A stretch of DNA of 64,000 nt from Azolla caroliniana. Lineage: Eukaryota > Plantae > Polypodiophyta. A program made the position numbers and the translations under genes. Of the stretch, positions 47,857 through 62,100 are shown in pieces; within the stretch, counting starts at the first letter, position 1; every line of letters starts with the position of its first letter. The notes beneath the pieces are model-generated. The model was not told the origin of the DNA, ran no database searches, and worked only from the letters and a program-made list of their open reading frames with translations. Location: NCBI GenBank assembly GCA_043228905.1, contig JBHGNT010000001.1, forward strand, positions 28,582,001-28,646,000, written 5' to 3'.

Positions 47857-50500
47857 TCACCGGTTGATTGGAGTATGCATGTGGATTTCTATATGCCAGA
47901 TCGCATCAACAGACATAATAAGGGTGTCATGTTGAAGAATGCTGTATACATTAAGCCCCTGCATAAAAAATTTCAATAGTGTATGCTGATGTCAACTTTC
48001 GTGAGACTCCCTGCCTCGCTTATATATGAATTCTCTCATATCATATAACCATAAAAAAGACACTCTAGAAATGGAAATATGAGATGTAGATAATGTGACT
48101 TGTGATTTAGATGATCCAGCTAATCCCAGCATATAAATAAGACCAGCCATGTAAGTTTTACACGATACATACCATTTTACCCCCTCCCACTTCATAACTG
48201 TTGTGATTCCCATGGATCAGACACATGAGGCCATGTTGAACAACATTTTGGCATCATGGCAATTGCAGAAATAAAGAATTTTTGTGGAGTTATACCTACT
48301 GCTTTTTAAGCATGCAAATTTTCTTACTCATAGCAGACATTCCATTGTAACCAACCCAGCTAAATGTTTCTTGTTTATATACCTTAGCTGGCAGCACATC
48401 AGCTTCATAGAGGTTGCTTGTTGATCTGCATAAAAGTGTGTTTACTTTGTCTGCTCCATCAACGATTAATACTCTTTTACTTTGGTCGAGTCCTTCAATG
48501 TACTTTGCCATTTCTTTAGTCTCATGTGATGCAGGTGTAACATCGTCAAGTACCAAAAGCTGCATATGAATAACAATGTTATACAAGATATAAGATATGT
48601 GACTGATATCAAAACATCCGCAGTAAAATTAGAATGCCTGACCTTGCCTTCAGCAACACTTGCTGAAAGTGCAATTTTTAATCCAAGCCTTCAGACTTTC
48701 TTTGGTAAATTATACGAATAGTCTCGAGGTTTAGGGCCATGCATTGTAGCACCATGCCTAAACTGCAGTTATAGGAAGAACAAACAACAACGAGCATCCA
48801 TACATAATGTGCTCATTTATATGTGAAAGTAGAGTTCACCTGTGGACCACGCAAACTTCCATGTCTGGCATTACCAGTACCTTTCTGTTTGTATGGCTTC
48901 TTACCTGTGCCACTGACTTCACTTATTGTCTTTGTTGAATGGGTACCCTGCAAGGTATCTACTTGTTATTATGATGCCTAAAACATCTCAGGAAGAAAAA
49001 CGGCCATTCTTTGCAAGAAAGAAAAAGAATCTCCAGGTGTATCCACTAGCTAGTACTTAAAACGTTTGCAGATGTACAAACAAACTGAAAGACTTATTTA
49101 AACATTGTAAATTATATATGCATACAAGTCTAAACTGAAAGTTAGGCAGGATTCTAAACTGAAACTGAATATGTGGCAAACTATTGCTTCCAACAAACAG
49201 ATTAAGAGCTATAGGATACTTACACAACAAACCTAATTATTTGAGAGGATGAACGGAATGGTAATCATGATTATGTTTTTCTATGTACCATATATTTAAT
49301 AGTTAAGGTACTATGTAACAAGAAAATGTAAATGACAATGTTGCTTCGTGCTTCAAAGAATATAATGCATCAATCCTTAAAAACCATTATCCTACTGCTA
49401 ACCAAAAAAGAGAAACAGTTTCCTTAAAGGCTAATTAAACAATGACAATATGTATTGTAGAGCATAACCTGACGGCGCTTTGCTAGCTGCCAAACCACTA
49501 CTCGATGAACAATATCTTTTCAAATCGGGACATCGAACACATCACCAGCCAGAACTGTTGTATCTTTCTCCTCATTATTGAAATTATTTACTTTGATCTC
49601 AATGTCATTGTAACAGCCTGAGCATAAGGTAATCCATAACTTTAGAAGGTACATGTGCCAAAACATTTCCTTTCCACCCTAGTTAGAAGCCATGTCTATT
49701 ACATCTATGGACAATTTACACTAATTTCATGGAAATTCTCCACCTTGTTTTTCTCCTTGGGCATGAGTCGCTCTTAGAGACAAGCATTAAAGGTATCTCA
49801 TTTTAAAGCTATAAATTTTGGGGCCATGACATGAGTAATATCGAAAACATAATCACTTACGATACACAAGAAATTTGCTTACTTCAACATTAATTAAGAA
49901 ACCACCAATGCTTTAAGAATAAATAAACTGGCATAAGAGAGGCTGCTCTGGAAACGTCTTGAATCACATTTGTTGGATCTCCCAGATAATGTTCCACGGC
50001 TTCTCGGGGCATTAAAATGTCAACAACATTTCTATTCCTCTAAGCATGGTCACAAAATGTAATTTTTTCGTTCACATTCATTGAGGTTGTTAGATTTTTC
50101 TCCATTGCCAGATATGTACTATCAAAGTGCAAGATGTTAGATTTTTCACCATTTCCAGAAATGTACTATCAAAGTGCAAGAAGACTATGTCACTCTCTCT
50201 CTCCCTCTTTAAGATTTCAGATGGTGTATCTGTTGTTAAATAATAGATCATAGAGTTTGTAAAGTTGGCACAATTAAGTTACATTGGAAAATAGATTTAA
50301 ATTTCATTTCATTTCTAATCCTTTCTTCTCCCTTGCTCATTAAATTTCATTTCAAATCTTTCTTTTACCTGAGGAGAAAGCGGTTCGTTGCAATCGAAAA
50401 CCTTCGAAAGAATAGCATTTTGAGTAGCACTACCAGTAGTACTAACAGCGGTAGATGAAGATGGAACCTTCACCAGGATTTTGAGTAATCATGCCCTCAT
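47857..50500 (-). pseudogene. RPL4: RPL4 (uL4m) copy B, pseudogene
   Basis: ATG AGG GCA TGA gives a stop at codon 4 (GGA in copy A). CGA->TGA at 49522-49520 and 48693-48691. The 5' part and acceptor of exon 2 are lost near 49777. Confidence 0.92.
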
Positions 50501-52469
50501 CTCTCTCTTTCTCTACTCTCTCTACTCTACCCTGTGAAGAAGAAGAAGAAGAAGAAGAAGAAGAGGAAACACAGGAGGATAAATAGACCTAGACAGTTAA
50601 TTAAGAGAGACGATTTTATTTCTCGAGGGAAACCTCCAAACTCTCTTAAATCGCATATGTAGGGCCCCACAAAAAACACACATGAAGACTTCTTCAACAG
50701 AATGAAGGCATTATGACAACTTCCAAGTGGTAAATCTCATATAAAAGTCTTCCAAAGAAACCAATATCTAATGGATAGCCAATGACAATGGAATTCTTAT
50801 GTAATGGAGCCAATATCTACCAATAGCTTTGTTCTTTATACCTGATTCATTAAAAATGCAATGAGAAGCAGAGCACACACCTGAGAAACAACTGTTTTGA
50901 AATGTTTCTATTTGATGTAAATTCGAGGTTCAACATTCTGCCTGTAATTATGAGAGGGAAAACCTCCCTAAGACCACACAATGGACTCTGCATTGATATG
51001 ATCTTGTTTTGGGGCTCTCCGACAGCAAATCCACTTTGTATACTGAAAGAATTACAAGCCCCACTTGAGATGTTTTTCATTTAAGAAATTATGTTCACGA
51101 CGTTATTGATCCTTTTCTTGGCACCCCAAAGTAGGCTATGTATTCGCCATTTCCATTTTATTTTATAGTATGCCTCAAATATCCCACTTGATTCTTTTTT
51201 AAGCCTCTACTTGTTTGTTAAGTTGCTAACAATCAAACAATACTTTAGGTTGCATGGACTATGCTAATTGGGTGTGGCATTGCATCCTGTTTAGGCTCCT
51301 AATTGTAGGTTTCTACTTGTTCGTAGATTCAATAAGTGTGTTATCTATGTGACTAATGACATGGATATGTTCTTGTTTTTCCTCCTCCCTTTTCCCTTTT
51401 TCCTAAACATTCAATTCATGACTATTGCAAGGTGGAGTTGAACCAATAGCCCACGATGTTGTTCATCTTCATTATTGTGAGTCATAAGCCTCGTGGCTCT
51501 CGATGTTGCCACCTTCCAATAAAGGGAAACCTTTTGACATTGCAGTCAAGATAGATAATTGCTTATGTAATAAAAGGTATGGACATTATGGATCGTGAAT
51601 GTATAATTAAAAGATGTGATTATCTTTTTGGAGATGCTTTTATGGATCAAGTAAACAATCAACATGGTGCATAGGTCTTGCATTTTCAATCCATTGATAA
51701 AACATCTTGATGGTCACCAATGGAGTAATTGAGTCGTGACCTCGATGGGAAATGGCATTACCATGATTAAGCTCTATATACAATGCTTACTAACATCGTG
51801 ATTAGAGCAGGTGGGATATATGTATCCATTGTTTGAGATCCTAATTACATATAGAGGCATTCAGTGGTATGTGTCCATAGTCACTAAAAATTATATTCAA
51901 AATTGAAGTGGACAATCAATCCATGAACATTAAATGATAAAAATCCACATGTCCCGAAGTTCAGAAACATTGAGAGTAATCCTGGATTGCTTTGCAAATG
52001 CATGTAACATGATGCGGAGGAATGACATCAAACAGATGTGACCCTTATGTAAGGGGGCATTTTTGAACGCTTGTGAAACGACTATTCATAAAACTTTATA
52101 ACATAAATAACATGAAGATCTAGCCCATGTATGCATAGAACGTGAATTATTCAAAGGAAATAAATCCCATCACGAGGATTGATTCATTTGTGATCCTCGA
52201 ATGCAACATTGTACTATGACCCATGTCGATGATGGATCCATTTTCGGGAACATGTGAAGGAAGACACTTTAGAAATTGACCAACAACACACTCAGACCAA
52301 CCTCGTGGTCATTGGTGTATTCAGGAACACGGTATCTAAAGGCATCAACCTTCTTAGGCAGGGGATATGCTCGATGGGCGAAAGAAGGAGAAGCCAAAAT
52401 GTGAAAGAAGGAGATGGTGGCGGTGGGACGGGACAAGAGGAGACAATGATGGCCATGAGGTGGCGGCCA

Positions 52470-52645
52470 TACAACACATACATACACATACATATAATTT
52501 TATAAATACACATACATATACATTCATACATGGGTCCATACATATACATCATACATGCAAGCCATTCATCCGTCCACATCCATCCATCATACATGGGTCC
52601 ATCCAATTTATACGTGTATAATTTATAAATATACTGTATACATAC

Positions 52646-52684
<39 letters not shown>

Positions 52685-52700
52685 CATACGTACATATTCC
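52470..52700. repeat. (CATA)n/(TA)n low-complexity tract
   Basis: Direct reading. A similar TA-rich tract lies at about 58910-59050. Confidence 0.8.
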
Positions 52701-53087
52701 AACAGACACACAGACGCCTGTCGGCGATGGCGAACCAGTGAGCCAGCTTTTTATTTTTCTTCCTTCTGCAGGACGACAACAATCGAGACGAAACAGAAGA
52801 GAAGAGAAGAGAAGAGACGAGAGAGACCATCTCCTTCCTGGTCCCTTCTCCCTGTCAATCCAATCAAGATTCCCCTTTCTTCATCCGCCCCGCTGCCATG
52901 GCATGGCATGGCATGGCACGGCACGGCACGACGCATAGAATTTGCGTGAATCGATCCATCAGAATACAAGACGCAACCTCCTGATCCTGATCCTGTTCCT
53001 GATCCTTCCCGTTCAATCAATCTTCTTTCTTCATCTGCTCTGTTTCAAGGCTACACACAAATCTCTTTCCTTTGGTTTACCATTTCC

Positions 53088-56000
53088 ATGCAGGCGTCCT
53101 GCTGCGACGTGGATGAAGCAGAACTGTCGGGGATTGGAATTATGCAGCAGGTGTTGAAGTGTTCATGTCCTCGTGGCGATCAATCGCCCACCAATTTGGT
53201 CCAACACGGCAACACCATGGCACCATCCTTCCACAACAACAACAACAACACCAACAACTCTCCTCCTTCCCCAATTCAGGAAGCAGTAGACTGTAGCGTG
53301 GCGGGCATCCTTTACAAATGGGTGAATATCGGGAAAGGCTGGCGCCCTCGCTGGTTTGTTCTCAAGCATGGTGTCCTCTCATATTATAAAGTCCACGGAC
53401 CTGATAAGATTACTGTAAGCGACGAGAAGCATACAGCCTCACTGATTATAGGAGAAGAATCCCAGAAACTTATAAAGAGACAAAGGAACATTCCTCGAGC
53501 TCGCAAGGCATTTGGAGAATTGCATTTGCAGGTCGGGTCTCACTCTTCCATTGCAAGCATGCACTTGAATTTTTTTTCATACAATCACATGTACTCAGGT
53601 TTCTATCTCAAATTTTCCATTGTGGCAAAAAGAAAAGCAGTGAACCGGACCAAGCCTGATTGATTTTGATTACGCTTTCAGGATCGATGAAATTTAAATT
53701 CATGAGCTTTACAGAGTCTCATTGACATTTATTTCCTCTGGATGGTTCAGGTCTCTTCTGTACGAGAGAGCAGGTCTGATGACAAGAGGTTCTACATTTT
53801 CACTGGAATCAAAACCCTACATCTGCGAGCAGAGAGTACAGAAGATAGAGCTGCATGGATGGAGGCCTTACATGCTGCGAAAGATTATTTCCAGAGCAGC
53901 CTTCCTAACAAATTTGACATACCATTTCCTTTCCGAATTGATGTGTCTACAACAAGGTTGAGGAACCGGTTACTACAGGAAGGCTTGTCAGAGAATGTGA
54001 TCATGGAATGCGAAACAATAATGAAAATGGAGTTGGCATGTCTTGTGGGACATCTCAGGCTGCTTGAAAAGAATACGATCAATCTTATTGAGAGGATGAA
54101 GCAGTTGGAGGTATGACATAACCAGTAACTATCAATTACTTCGTGATTGAAATTAACAAGGAGTACAAGCATTCAGAATTGCTTTCATGTGGGTGTCAGT
54201 GAATACAGCATAATGCCGGTCATAAATTACATCAATCAAAATGTTGTTTTCCAATCTCTTCTCTCAGCTTTGCCTCTTTGCTGAAGGCATAGGCTTTACT
54301 TAATATCTGCTATCTATGTAACTTTATACATTATCAGAATATTATGTTGATCGAGCTTAGTGTTTAGCCAATGTAATGTGTGTATTCACTTTAAGCACAT
54401 ACACCTTCTCCAACCAACAGATGAGCAGGCAATCTGTAGATCTTATTTTTTACAGACTGCTTTAAGCTGGTTCTAGTGGCTTGCCTAATTTTTGTTTGCT
54501 ATTTGTAGCAGTCAATAATTAACTTCGAGTATATTTATATAGAGTGAAAAGTTGGAGCTGGAGACTACAGTTGTAGAGGAGAGCCAAAGCAGAGCTAATG
54601 CATTAGATGAAGAAGGTGAAACTCATTGTATAATTATTTTCTGGACCTTAGTACAATTTAACGTTGTTAGTGGATGAATTAATGTCTTTGTATCAACTCT
54701 GTTCACTATGATGATAGAATATTTGCAAATTTCATCCTCTTAAGCTAAATTTGGTTGACTTACTGGTTTGCTGGGAGGATTTCAACCAAATACTTTTAGT
54801 TGTCCTATCCTATTTTATTCAGATGTCAAAACTCTCTGGAGCATTTTAGGCTCTTCAAGAACTGATTTTTTCTTTCAGCCTTCTGCTTTAATAGTATTGA
54901 TGACTCAAATATTCCAAACGAAATTGAATTGCATTCTGGACATATGTATGGTTTCACATCCATGCCAAGTCATATTGAAATATTTATCATGTTGAGTACA
55001 CACCATGAAACTTTTATAGAACGGGATATGAAGTCATTTCTTTCACTGTGAGATAATGATGCTTACAAATGCATGTTACTATTAATATTACCTGTTCAAG
55101 CTATTTCGTCAATCAGAGCTTTTGTTAATTGCTATTAAATTTGTTCATACCAACATAATCCAGTCCTGCAAATTGTATAATATATTTAATCTGCAAAGCA
55201 TAGTACGATGAATCATAACCATTGCTAATGCAATAAAATCTTATGATTCAGGGGGAAGTGGAGCAGATACTGATGATGAAAGAGATATTAATGCTGAACT
55301 AGAAATAGATTCAGATGAAGAAGACAATATCTTTTTTGATACAAGTGAATTTCTCGTTTCTGAACCCTTGTCTACTCCAGCTAATGATCATGACAAGGAT
55401 TCTGTGAGCTCATATGAAGCACATGCAAAATCAAGCCCTAATATGGATGGGTCCACAGATATGTCTATAGAGAAGGTTGGCTTTGAGTATCCTCATGTAC
55501 CAAGGCGGACGAGGCTTCCAGAGCCAAAACAAGAGCAGAAGAGTGTAAGCTTATGGTCTATAATCAAAGATGCAGTTGGTAAGGATCTTATGAAGATATG
55601 CCTACCTGTATCTTTCAACGAGCCAATTTCTTCTCTGCAAAAATGCTTTGAAGACCTAGAGTACTCCTATCTGCTTGACCGTGCTTATGCATGGGGAACA
55701 CGGGTATGCTCTAATCTGATTTCTGCTTCAGCTTGGCTCTCTTATTCCATCTTTAGTTTGTCTTGGCCAGAAACTCAGAATAAAGAGTTGTATTCCAAAT
55801 AAAGAGTTGTATTATAAATATCATGCAAATGATTTAGAAACATTCATTAACAAAGTTCAACTTTTGCCACGACTATTGAATTGAAGGTAGGTAAAAAGTG
55901 GTTTCATATGAGTGTATAGTTTTTGATGCTGATGGATTTTTTGTTAAAATGGCTATCTTAAGCCTGGCTGAGACTTTTACACGTTTATCATAGTTTTGTC

Positions 56001-57884
56001 TTTGATTTTGCATTCTAATAGTTTAAAGTTTTCCTTTCAGGGGAACTATCTTATGCAGATTTTAAATGTTGCAGCATTTGCCGTATCAGGATATTCTTCC
56101 ACAAAATCCCGCACTTGTAAACCATTTAATCCTTTGTTGGGGGAAACTTATGAAGCAGATTATCCAGATAAAGGTCTTCGTTTCATTTCTGAAAAGGTCA
56201 AAACTGAAATTTTCAAATTTCCAGATGCTGTATCAATAACTTTCTTTAACATGAGAGTATTTGGTTTAATAGTTCTATTTAATCACAGTAATTCCCCGTG
56301 GAATGCCACTAATCTGTAATGGTGCTTTAGCTAAAGATATCAAAAGTATAACTGCTAAAATTTTAAATGGTAAACGAAAAATGAAGGACTTAAATAAAAT
56401 CATTGCACTGCATTCTGAAGTTGAAGATAAAGGAGAATTGTTTACATGGTTTGGAATTCCAGATCTGATGACTCCGAAGGCAGATGATACACAACACGTG
56501 ATTGATTAGAAATGCTTTGGATAGATTAGGGATCATAGAATAATGTGCATCTACCTAGGGCAGCAACCTAATTTCAGCATTAGTAACAATGCTTGTGTTG
56601 CAGGTTAGCCACCATCCGATGGTACTTGCGTGCCATTGTGAAGGCAGAGGTTGGGTCTTTTTTGGAGACAGTAATTTGAAGAGCAAGTTTTGGGGTCAAT
56701 CAATACAATTAGACCCTGTAGGTGTTCTTAGGCTGCATTTTGCAAATGGACAAAGATTCCAGTGGAGTAAGGTCTTGTAATGGACACACGTGCATACTGG
56801 AGCTATTAATAGAAATTTTTTATTCTTTCGGTCAAGCCAATGGTTGTTTGCAGGTGACTACGTGCATATACAATCTCATTCTTGGAAAGCTCTATTGTGA
56901 TCATTTTGGTACAATGAAAATTCAGGGGAATGGGGATCTTGTTTGTAAGCTCAAATTCAAGGAGCAAAGTATAATGGACCGCAATCCACATCAGGTGCTC
57001 TTCTTTGGCACATGAATTTTTCATTGTGGTTTTCTATCTTAGCTGAATCATTCTTCACCTTTCAGGTTCAAGGATATGTGTATGATAGAAAAGAAAACAA
57101 AGTAGCAACCTTATTTGGGAAATGGGATGAAGCTATGTATTTCATCATGGGGGATATTGCAACAAGATCAAAAACTTTTGATCCTATGACGGAGGCCATT
57201 TTGCTATGGCGACGGAATGATCCACCGGAATTTCCAACTCGTTACAATTTGACAAGTTTTGCAATAACATTGAATGAAATAATGCCGGGATTAAAGGTAT
57301 TTGCACAAAAAGAGATCCTGGTTCTCTCTTAATGTGGCCCAAATCCATTTGTGGTAACCTATGGCAGGGGCCTGTAAGCCATTGGTCAAGGGTTCAACTC
57401 CAGCACCATCCCCCACCATCAATTGTCACAAAACCAGAGCTATTGCACGTGTCATGTGTTTTACTTGATGCCTACCCTTTATTAAATACGCTGAAGACCG
57501 GCCTGTTTCTTGATCAGGAAAAGCTGCCTCCAACTGATTCGCGACTGCGGCCTGATCAAAGGCATTTAGAAGATGGTGAATATCAGCTGGCAAACATGGA
57601 GAAATTGAGGCTTGAGCATAAACAAAGACGGGTACATATATAATTCAGCTTGAGGAGGATCATTGGGGGGGGGGGGGGGGTGTACTAGTTGTGCTGAAAG
57701 GTTTTCTTTTATGAATCGATTGATGCAGGCACGGAAAGTGCAAGAGAGCGGATGGAAACCGTGCTGGTTCCGCAGGAATGACGACACAAATACATTCGAG
57801 TACATGGGAGGATATTGGGAAGCAAGGGAAGAGAGAGCATGGGCGGGATGCCCCGACATTTTCGGAGCCGATATTGAAACCTGA
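53088..57884 (+). CDS. Oxysterol-binding protein-related protein, ORP1/ORP2 type (PH + FFAT-like + ORD); exons 53088-53531, 53751-54110, 54543-54615, 55252-55703, 56041-56196, 56604-56771, 56854-56994, 57066-57296, 57518-57631, 57729-57884 (764 aa)
   Basis: PH domain [21 protein letters not shown]; acidic [13 protein letters not shown]; ORD signatures [23 protein letters not shown]|[27 protein letters not shown] introns in phase. Start codon uncertain (53088, 53142 or 53217). Confidence 0.93.
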
Positions 57885-59159
57885 CATTAGTCCCTAACAT
57901 GAAATGCCCATGGTTTTTGCATGCAGCCAATGGAGACATCGACTTCTTTTGTGGGGATTTTGTGGATGTAGTTTGTAACTTGTCAGTCGTTTATGTTTCC
58001 AAGGACATTTGGCTAAAAGCTCTTGCACATCCGATAAAACATGTTGCAAGCTTGTAACAATAATCTCTGCTAAATTTTGGTGTATAAACATTACTCCATG
58101 TGAATGCTAAACGCACGACCAAATATGTGCTTTCCTTGCATATTGTGTAGTATCTACATACTTCCATTGTGGATTTCAAAGATTCATTTGTAAGAATCTA
58201 ATCGACAAGTGTGTGATCCTCCAAATGAGATGATGCATATATCAAACCTCCAAGGGCCTTGTCAAAGCAGTCGAACACTTGGTTTGCATACCAATGTAGT
58301 CTTACTACATAGCAATAATTACAAATTCATGTCGAGAGTTCCATTTAATTTAGTGGGAATTTAAAAGCATTCACTTTGGCACATCGCCATCATCGATCGT
58401 GCTAGTTTTATAAAAAAATTAAGACAAAATCAAGTGCCAAGGTTTAGTTGAGACATAGAATCTAACCATATAGGAGATCAATGTGGCAATAATGTATTGT
58501 AGGACAATGGGGCCCAAGCAACTCGTCATTTGATCAAAACAACTTTGTTTGCCAAAATGGACACTATTAAGAGATGATGTGTAGTATTGAACTTCGGTTT
58601 TCCTACAGCAACCAACTACGAGATTAATGTGGTAGTAGACCATTGATTGTCGTAGGAAATTGGGGCCTAATCAACTCCTCGTCTCATCAAAACTTGTTTG
58701 CCATGCATGTAAGCTATCAAGAGACAACGTGTGTATGGAATAATGAAAGGGCATTGTTAATTTACGTGAATTTTCAGACTTGCAATACCAAATTCTAGGT
58801 TTTTTTTTTGCCATTAAAATGTTGGACACATGATTGTATAGTAAGGTATTGGACTTAATGCGCTACACCTGATTCTAACTTCAAGGGGAAGGCAGGCATG
58901 GAATGGACCATATATGTATGTACAATGTACATATACTGTATACATAGTACATATATATATACGTATATATGTTACACAGTTACAGAGTGTATATATACAT
59001 AGTACATACATATAATGATATATGTATATAAATACAGTATGTATATACACTTCTCTCCTGCAGTCTGCTATATTATAGCTTAAATATAAGCTTCGGTGGA
59101 CAGGACATGGAGGCGCACAGCATTCTCCCCAATTGCGCATAGCTAGCTGAATCCCCCAA

Positions 59160-62100
59160 ATGGGCGCTGGCATCAGCTGGTTCACGCTCGCTTACGCTGC
59201 AGTGCTGCTCGTCTCCTGCCTCATCTTCTTCTGCGGCGACTGGCCCATCTTCCAAGGCACCGCCATTCATTCTGCCCACCTCTGCTGTACTGGTGGCAGC
59301 TTTGAGCTTGTGGAGTAAGTAACTCTCAGAAATCCCTCCGTCTCTTTCCCCCTTTCTAAGTAAAGATGGATGGACGGATCCGATGAATATGACCATCATG
59401 ACGATGCGCTTGGTGCTTCAGGAAGATCGTGGGGATCTTCTGTGGAGATCCAGGACGACATGCTGTTGCCTCTATCGAACACTATTGCTGTGAACGCCCC
59501 AATCCAATTCTACAGGTTTCTCTTCTTTCGATCCTCTTGTTTAGATGTTATAATTTATCTCAGCATAAAATTACAAACTGCCTATTCTAGAGTGTTCATT
59601 GTCATTGTTAGCAGTGAAATCTTATTAGAGTTCTTGCACACTCCATTTGATAGAAATGTGCATCATCTGTGCTGTTAGAGATGCACATCTCTTTTCATTA
59701 AAAAGAAATGCAATACACATGCTCACATTGCCTCACGAAGACAACAATAAGTTCCTGATGACACTTCAGATCACGGCGAATTTGAATAAAAGGTTTCATG
59801 AAAGAGTGGATGGAAAGGAAAGATATCAACTTTCTCATTATATCTGCTAGTTATACAGTTATCAGAAAGTATTGATAGATTCTATAATCAATTGCATGAC
59901 ATTTTCATTCTGAGTCTCAAGTGGTATCAAAGACCATGAAGAGAATTAGTTGCATGAAAGGTAGAATGCTGATGAAAACTGCTTCTTGAATTAGTGATGT
60001 CAACCGTTGCCTTAGTTATGCTGAAGACAAAGCCAGAAGTAAATCCTGAGAACCAGTCAAGTTGTTTGTAAATCAGGCTCTGTATGGAAGACGATCATAT
60101 TTTAAAAGATGTTCATGAAGTTGGAGAGGATGAAATGTTTTCACTCTTTGATTAATAAGGAAATTGGGATTCTAGCATTGGTCTTTTCTTGCAAGAATGG
60201 GATGTTGCTATTTTCATGTTTGCTGTCTAATTAGAGCTTACATATGGATGGTTCTATCTACCTGTTTGCTCTCTAAGTACAGTTTATATGATGATAGAGA
60301 TTGAGGTGGTACTTTTTGTGATACTGTATGCATAACTCTTTATGATGTGTACATTTGAGTTTTTTTTTGAGGCAATTCTTGTATGTCAATCTTCTGGAAG
60401 TACACCATACTTCCATTTGTAGAGGCTTAAAAAATTTGCAGCTAATAAAGTGAGTAGTTTTGATTGGCTGGGTGTAACAGTGCATAATTATTTGATACCA
60501 TTTGAATACTATTCTTCAATTAGATTTTGTTATCACTCAATACATGAAAGTCTCTCTTTGAATATGAGACCATTGCAATATAGAATAGCAACAATAAATA
60601 TTATAATTGACTTGAGTAGAGAGTTTTGCCCAAAGATACAGAGACTAAAGGATTTTTTCTTCATGATTGCATATACCATACTTCTGTGCCTATGAGCGTG
60701 CAAACAAAAGAAAAATGCAGCACTTCATACTTGAATGGGTGTTTAGGTGCTGGTTCATAGAATAGCTCCAATGTACACATATCTGCAAGTTCTCAGGTTA
60801 CTGAATGCAACCATCATAGATTTGTTTTCTACAACAGTTAACAATCCTACTTTTGGCGTCCAGTTATTTTACTTCACAATTTTGTTTGGGACATATTATG
60901 CTGTTGTCACCACCTCATTTGTATACATTCCTGGGTATTATGTCTCAGGTATACACAGGTAAGTGTCTTGAATTATATCTCTTTAACCAGGACAAATGTG
61001 GTAAAACCTTCTGAGGGCCATTATTGCTTGCAGGTACCTAGGAACTTTTGGTGTGATTATGGCGGCCATATGGCTATTAATCACAAGCTTTAGTGATCCA
61101 GGCACAATAACTGCTGCTAATGTATCAGATTATGTCTCCATGTATCCATACGATGGAATTTTACATGAAGAAAAAACATGTCCAACTTGCAATTTGGTGA
61201 GGTACAGACTTCATTCCCTGCAAACTTGAGAATACTCCTAATATATGCTTAACCTAGGATTTCATGGTTTTAGGCCAGCAAGGTCAAAGCATTGCGGCAT
61301 TTGCGGTCATTGTGTTGCTCGCTTTGATCACCATTGTGGATGGACGGTTTGCTTATTTCCACATAGATTAGAGATTCTCTGAAGTAGAAAACTTTATGTT
61401 AAGTGATTGATAAGCTGTTTTGAATGACAGAATACTTGTATAGGGGAGAACAACCTCCGATTTTTCATCATCTTTCTTTTCTGGTATGAAATGTTACTCA
61501 ATATAATATATCCAAGTGATGACGTCTGTAATATCTTGAAAAGAGATGATTTTACCATATTTATGAATATGTGTTCTGTCACTTTGTTGGATCCTATATT
61601 CGTGCATTTGATTCTGTTCCAATGTTGCATGCAAGCAATGTCATCCTGTTTGGTTTGGAGATTTAGTTGTTCTTGAAATCAAACAGGCAAAACCAACGGG
61701 TTAGTGCAATTAATAACCTCGAAAGCAAGGTATATGCCCTGTCCTATGCTTTTTGGAAGTGCTGTAGAAAATTTTTGATGTCGAGGGATTGAGATACAAG
61801 GTGAGGTTCTGCACCTCTTCCTTATGGGAAATTCTAGACATTCTATACTGCTAATCAATAGATTCTGGCAAAGATGCGCATTTAGTAATCTGATAGACTT
61901 TGGTTGAGTTTGGGGATAGCTCCTGCTAATCAAAGGATACCTGAATCAGATGATAACCAGTGCCGAATCTCCATCAAAACAGGAGAATGTAAATGCATTT
62001 GAGTCTCCTGGATGCATGGTTGAAGGAGTTGATTGCCCATGCCCATGTGAATGGGGGCAAGTCATACTTTGTCTGTGGTGGCAGCTCTCTTATGCTCTAT

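Larger units (their letters stand above)
45076..50690. repeat. Segmental duplicate of about 23065-30600 (TTM3 3' flank and RPL4)
   Basis: Collinear similarity: ORF-track peptides 23283-23528 vs 45535-45720 and 26403-26657 vs 48296-48586, plus the RPL4 exons. Confidence 0.92.

Noticed and set aside
48691-49522. CGA->TGA stops in RPL4-B as U-to-C editing sites
   Set aside because: Reverse editing is organellar, while this is a spliceosomal nuclear gene. The GGA->TGA stop and exon-2 deletion could not be repaired by editing.
51480-52340. Possible transposon-derived protease or transposase remnant
   Set aside because: Only vague motif resemblance; cannot be supported without a profile search.
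52254-53020. Several 60-140 aa ORFs upstream of the OSBP gene
   Set aside because: Produced by (CATA)n, (TA)n, (GAGAA)n and (CATGG)n low-complexity sequence.
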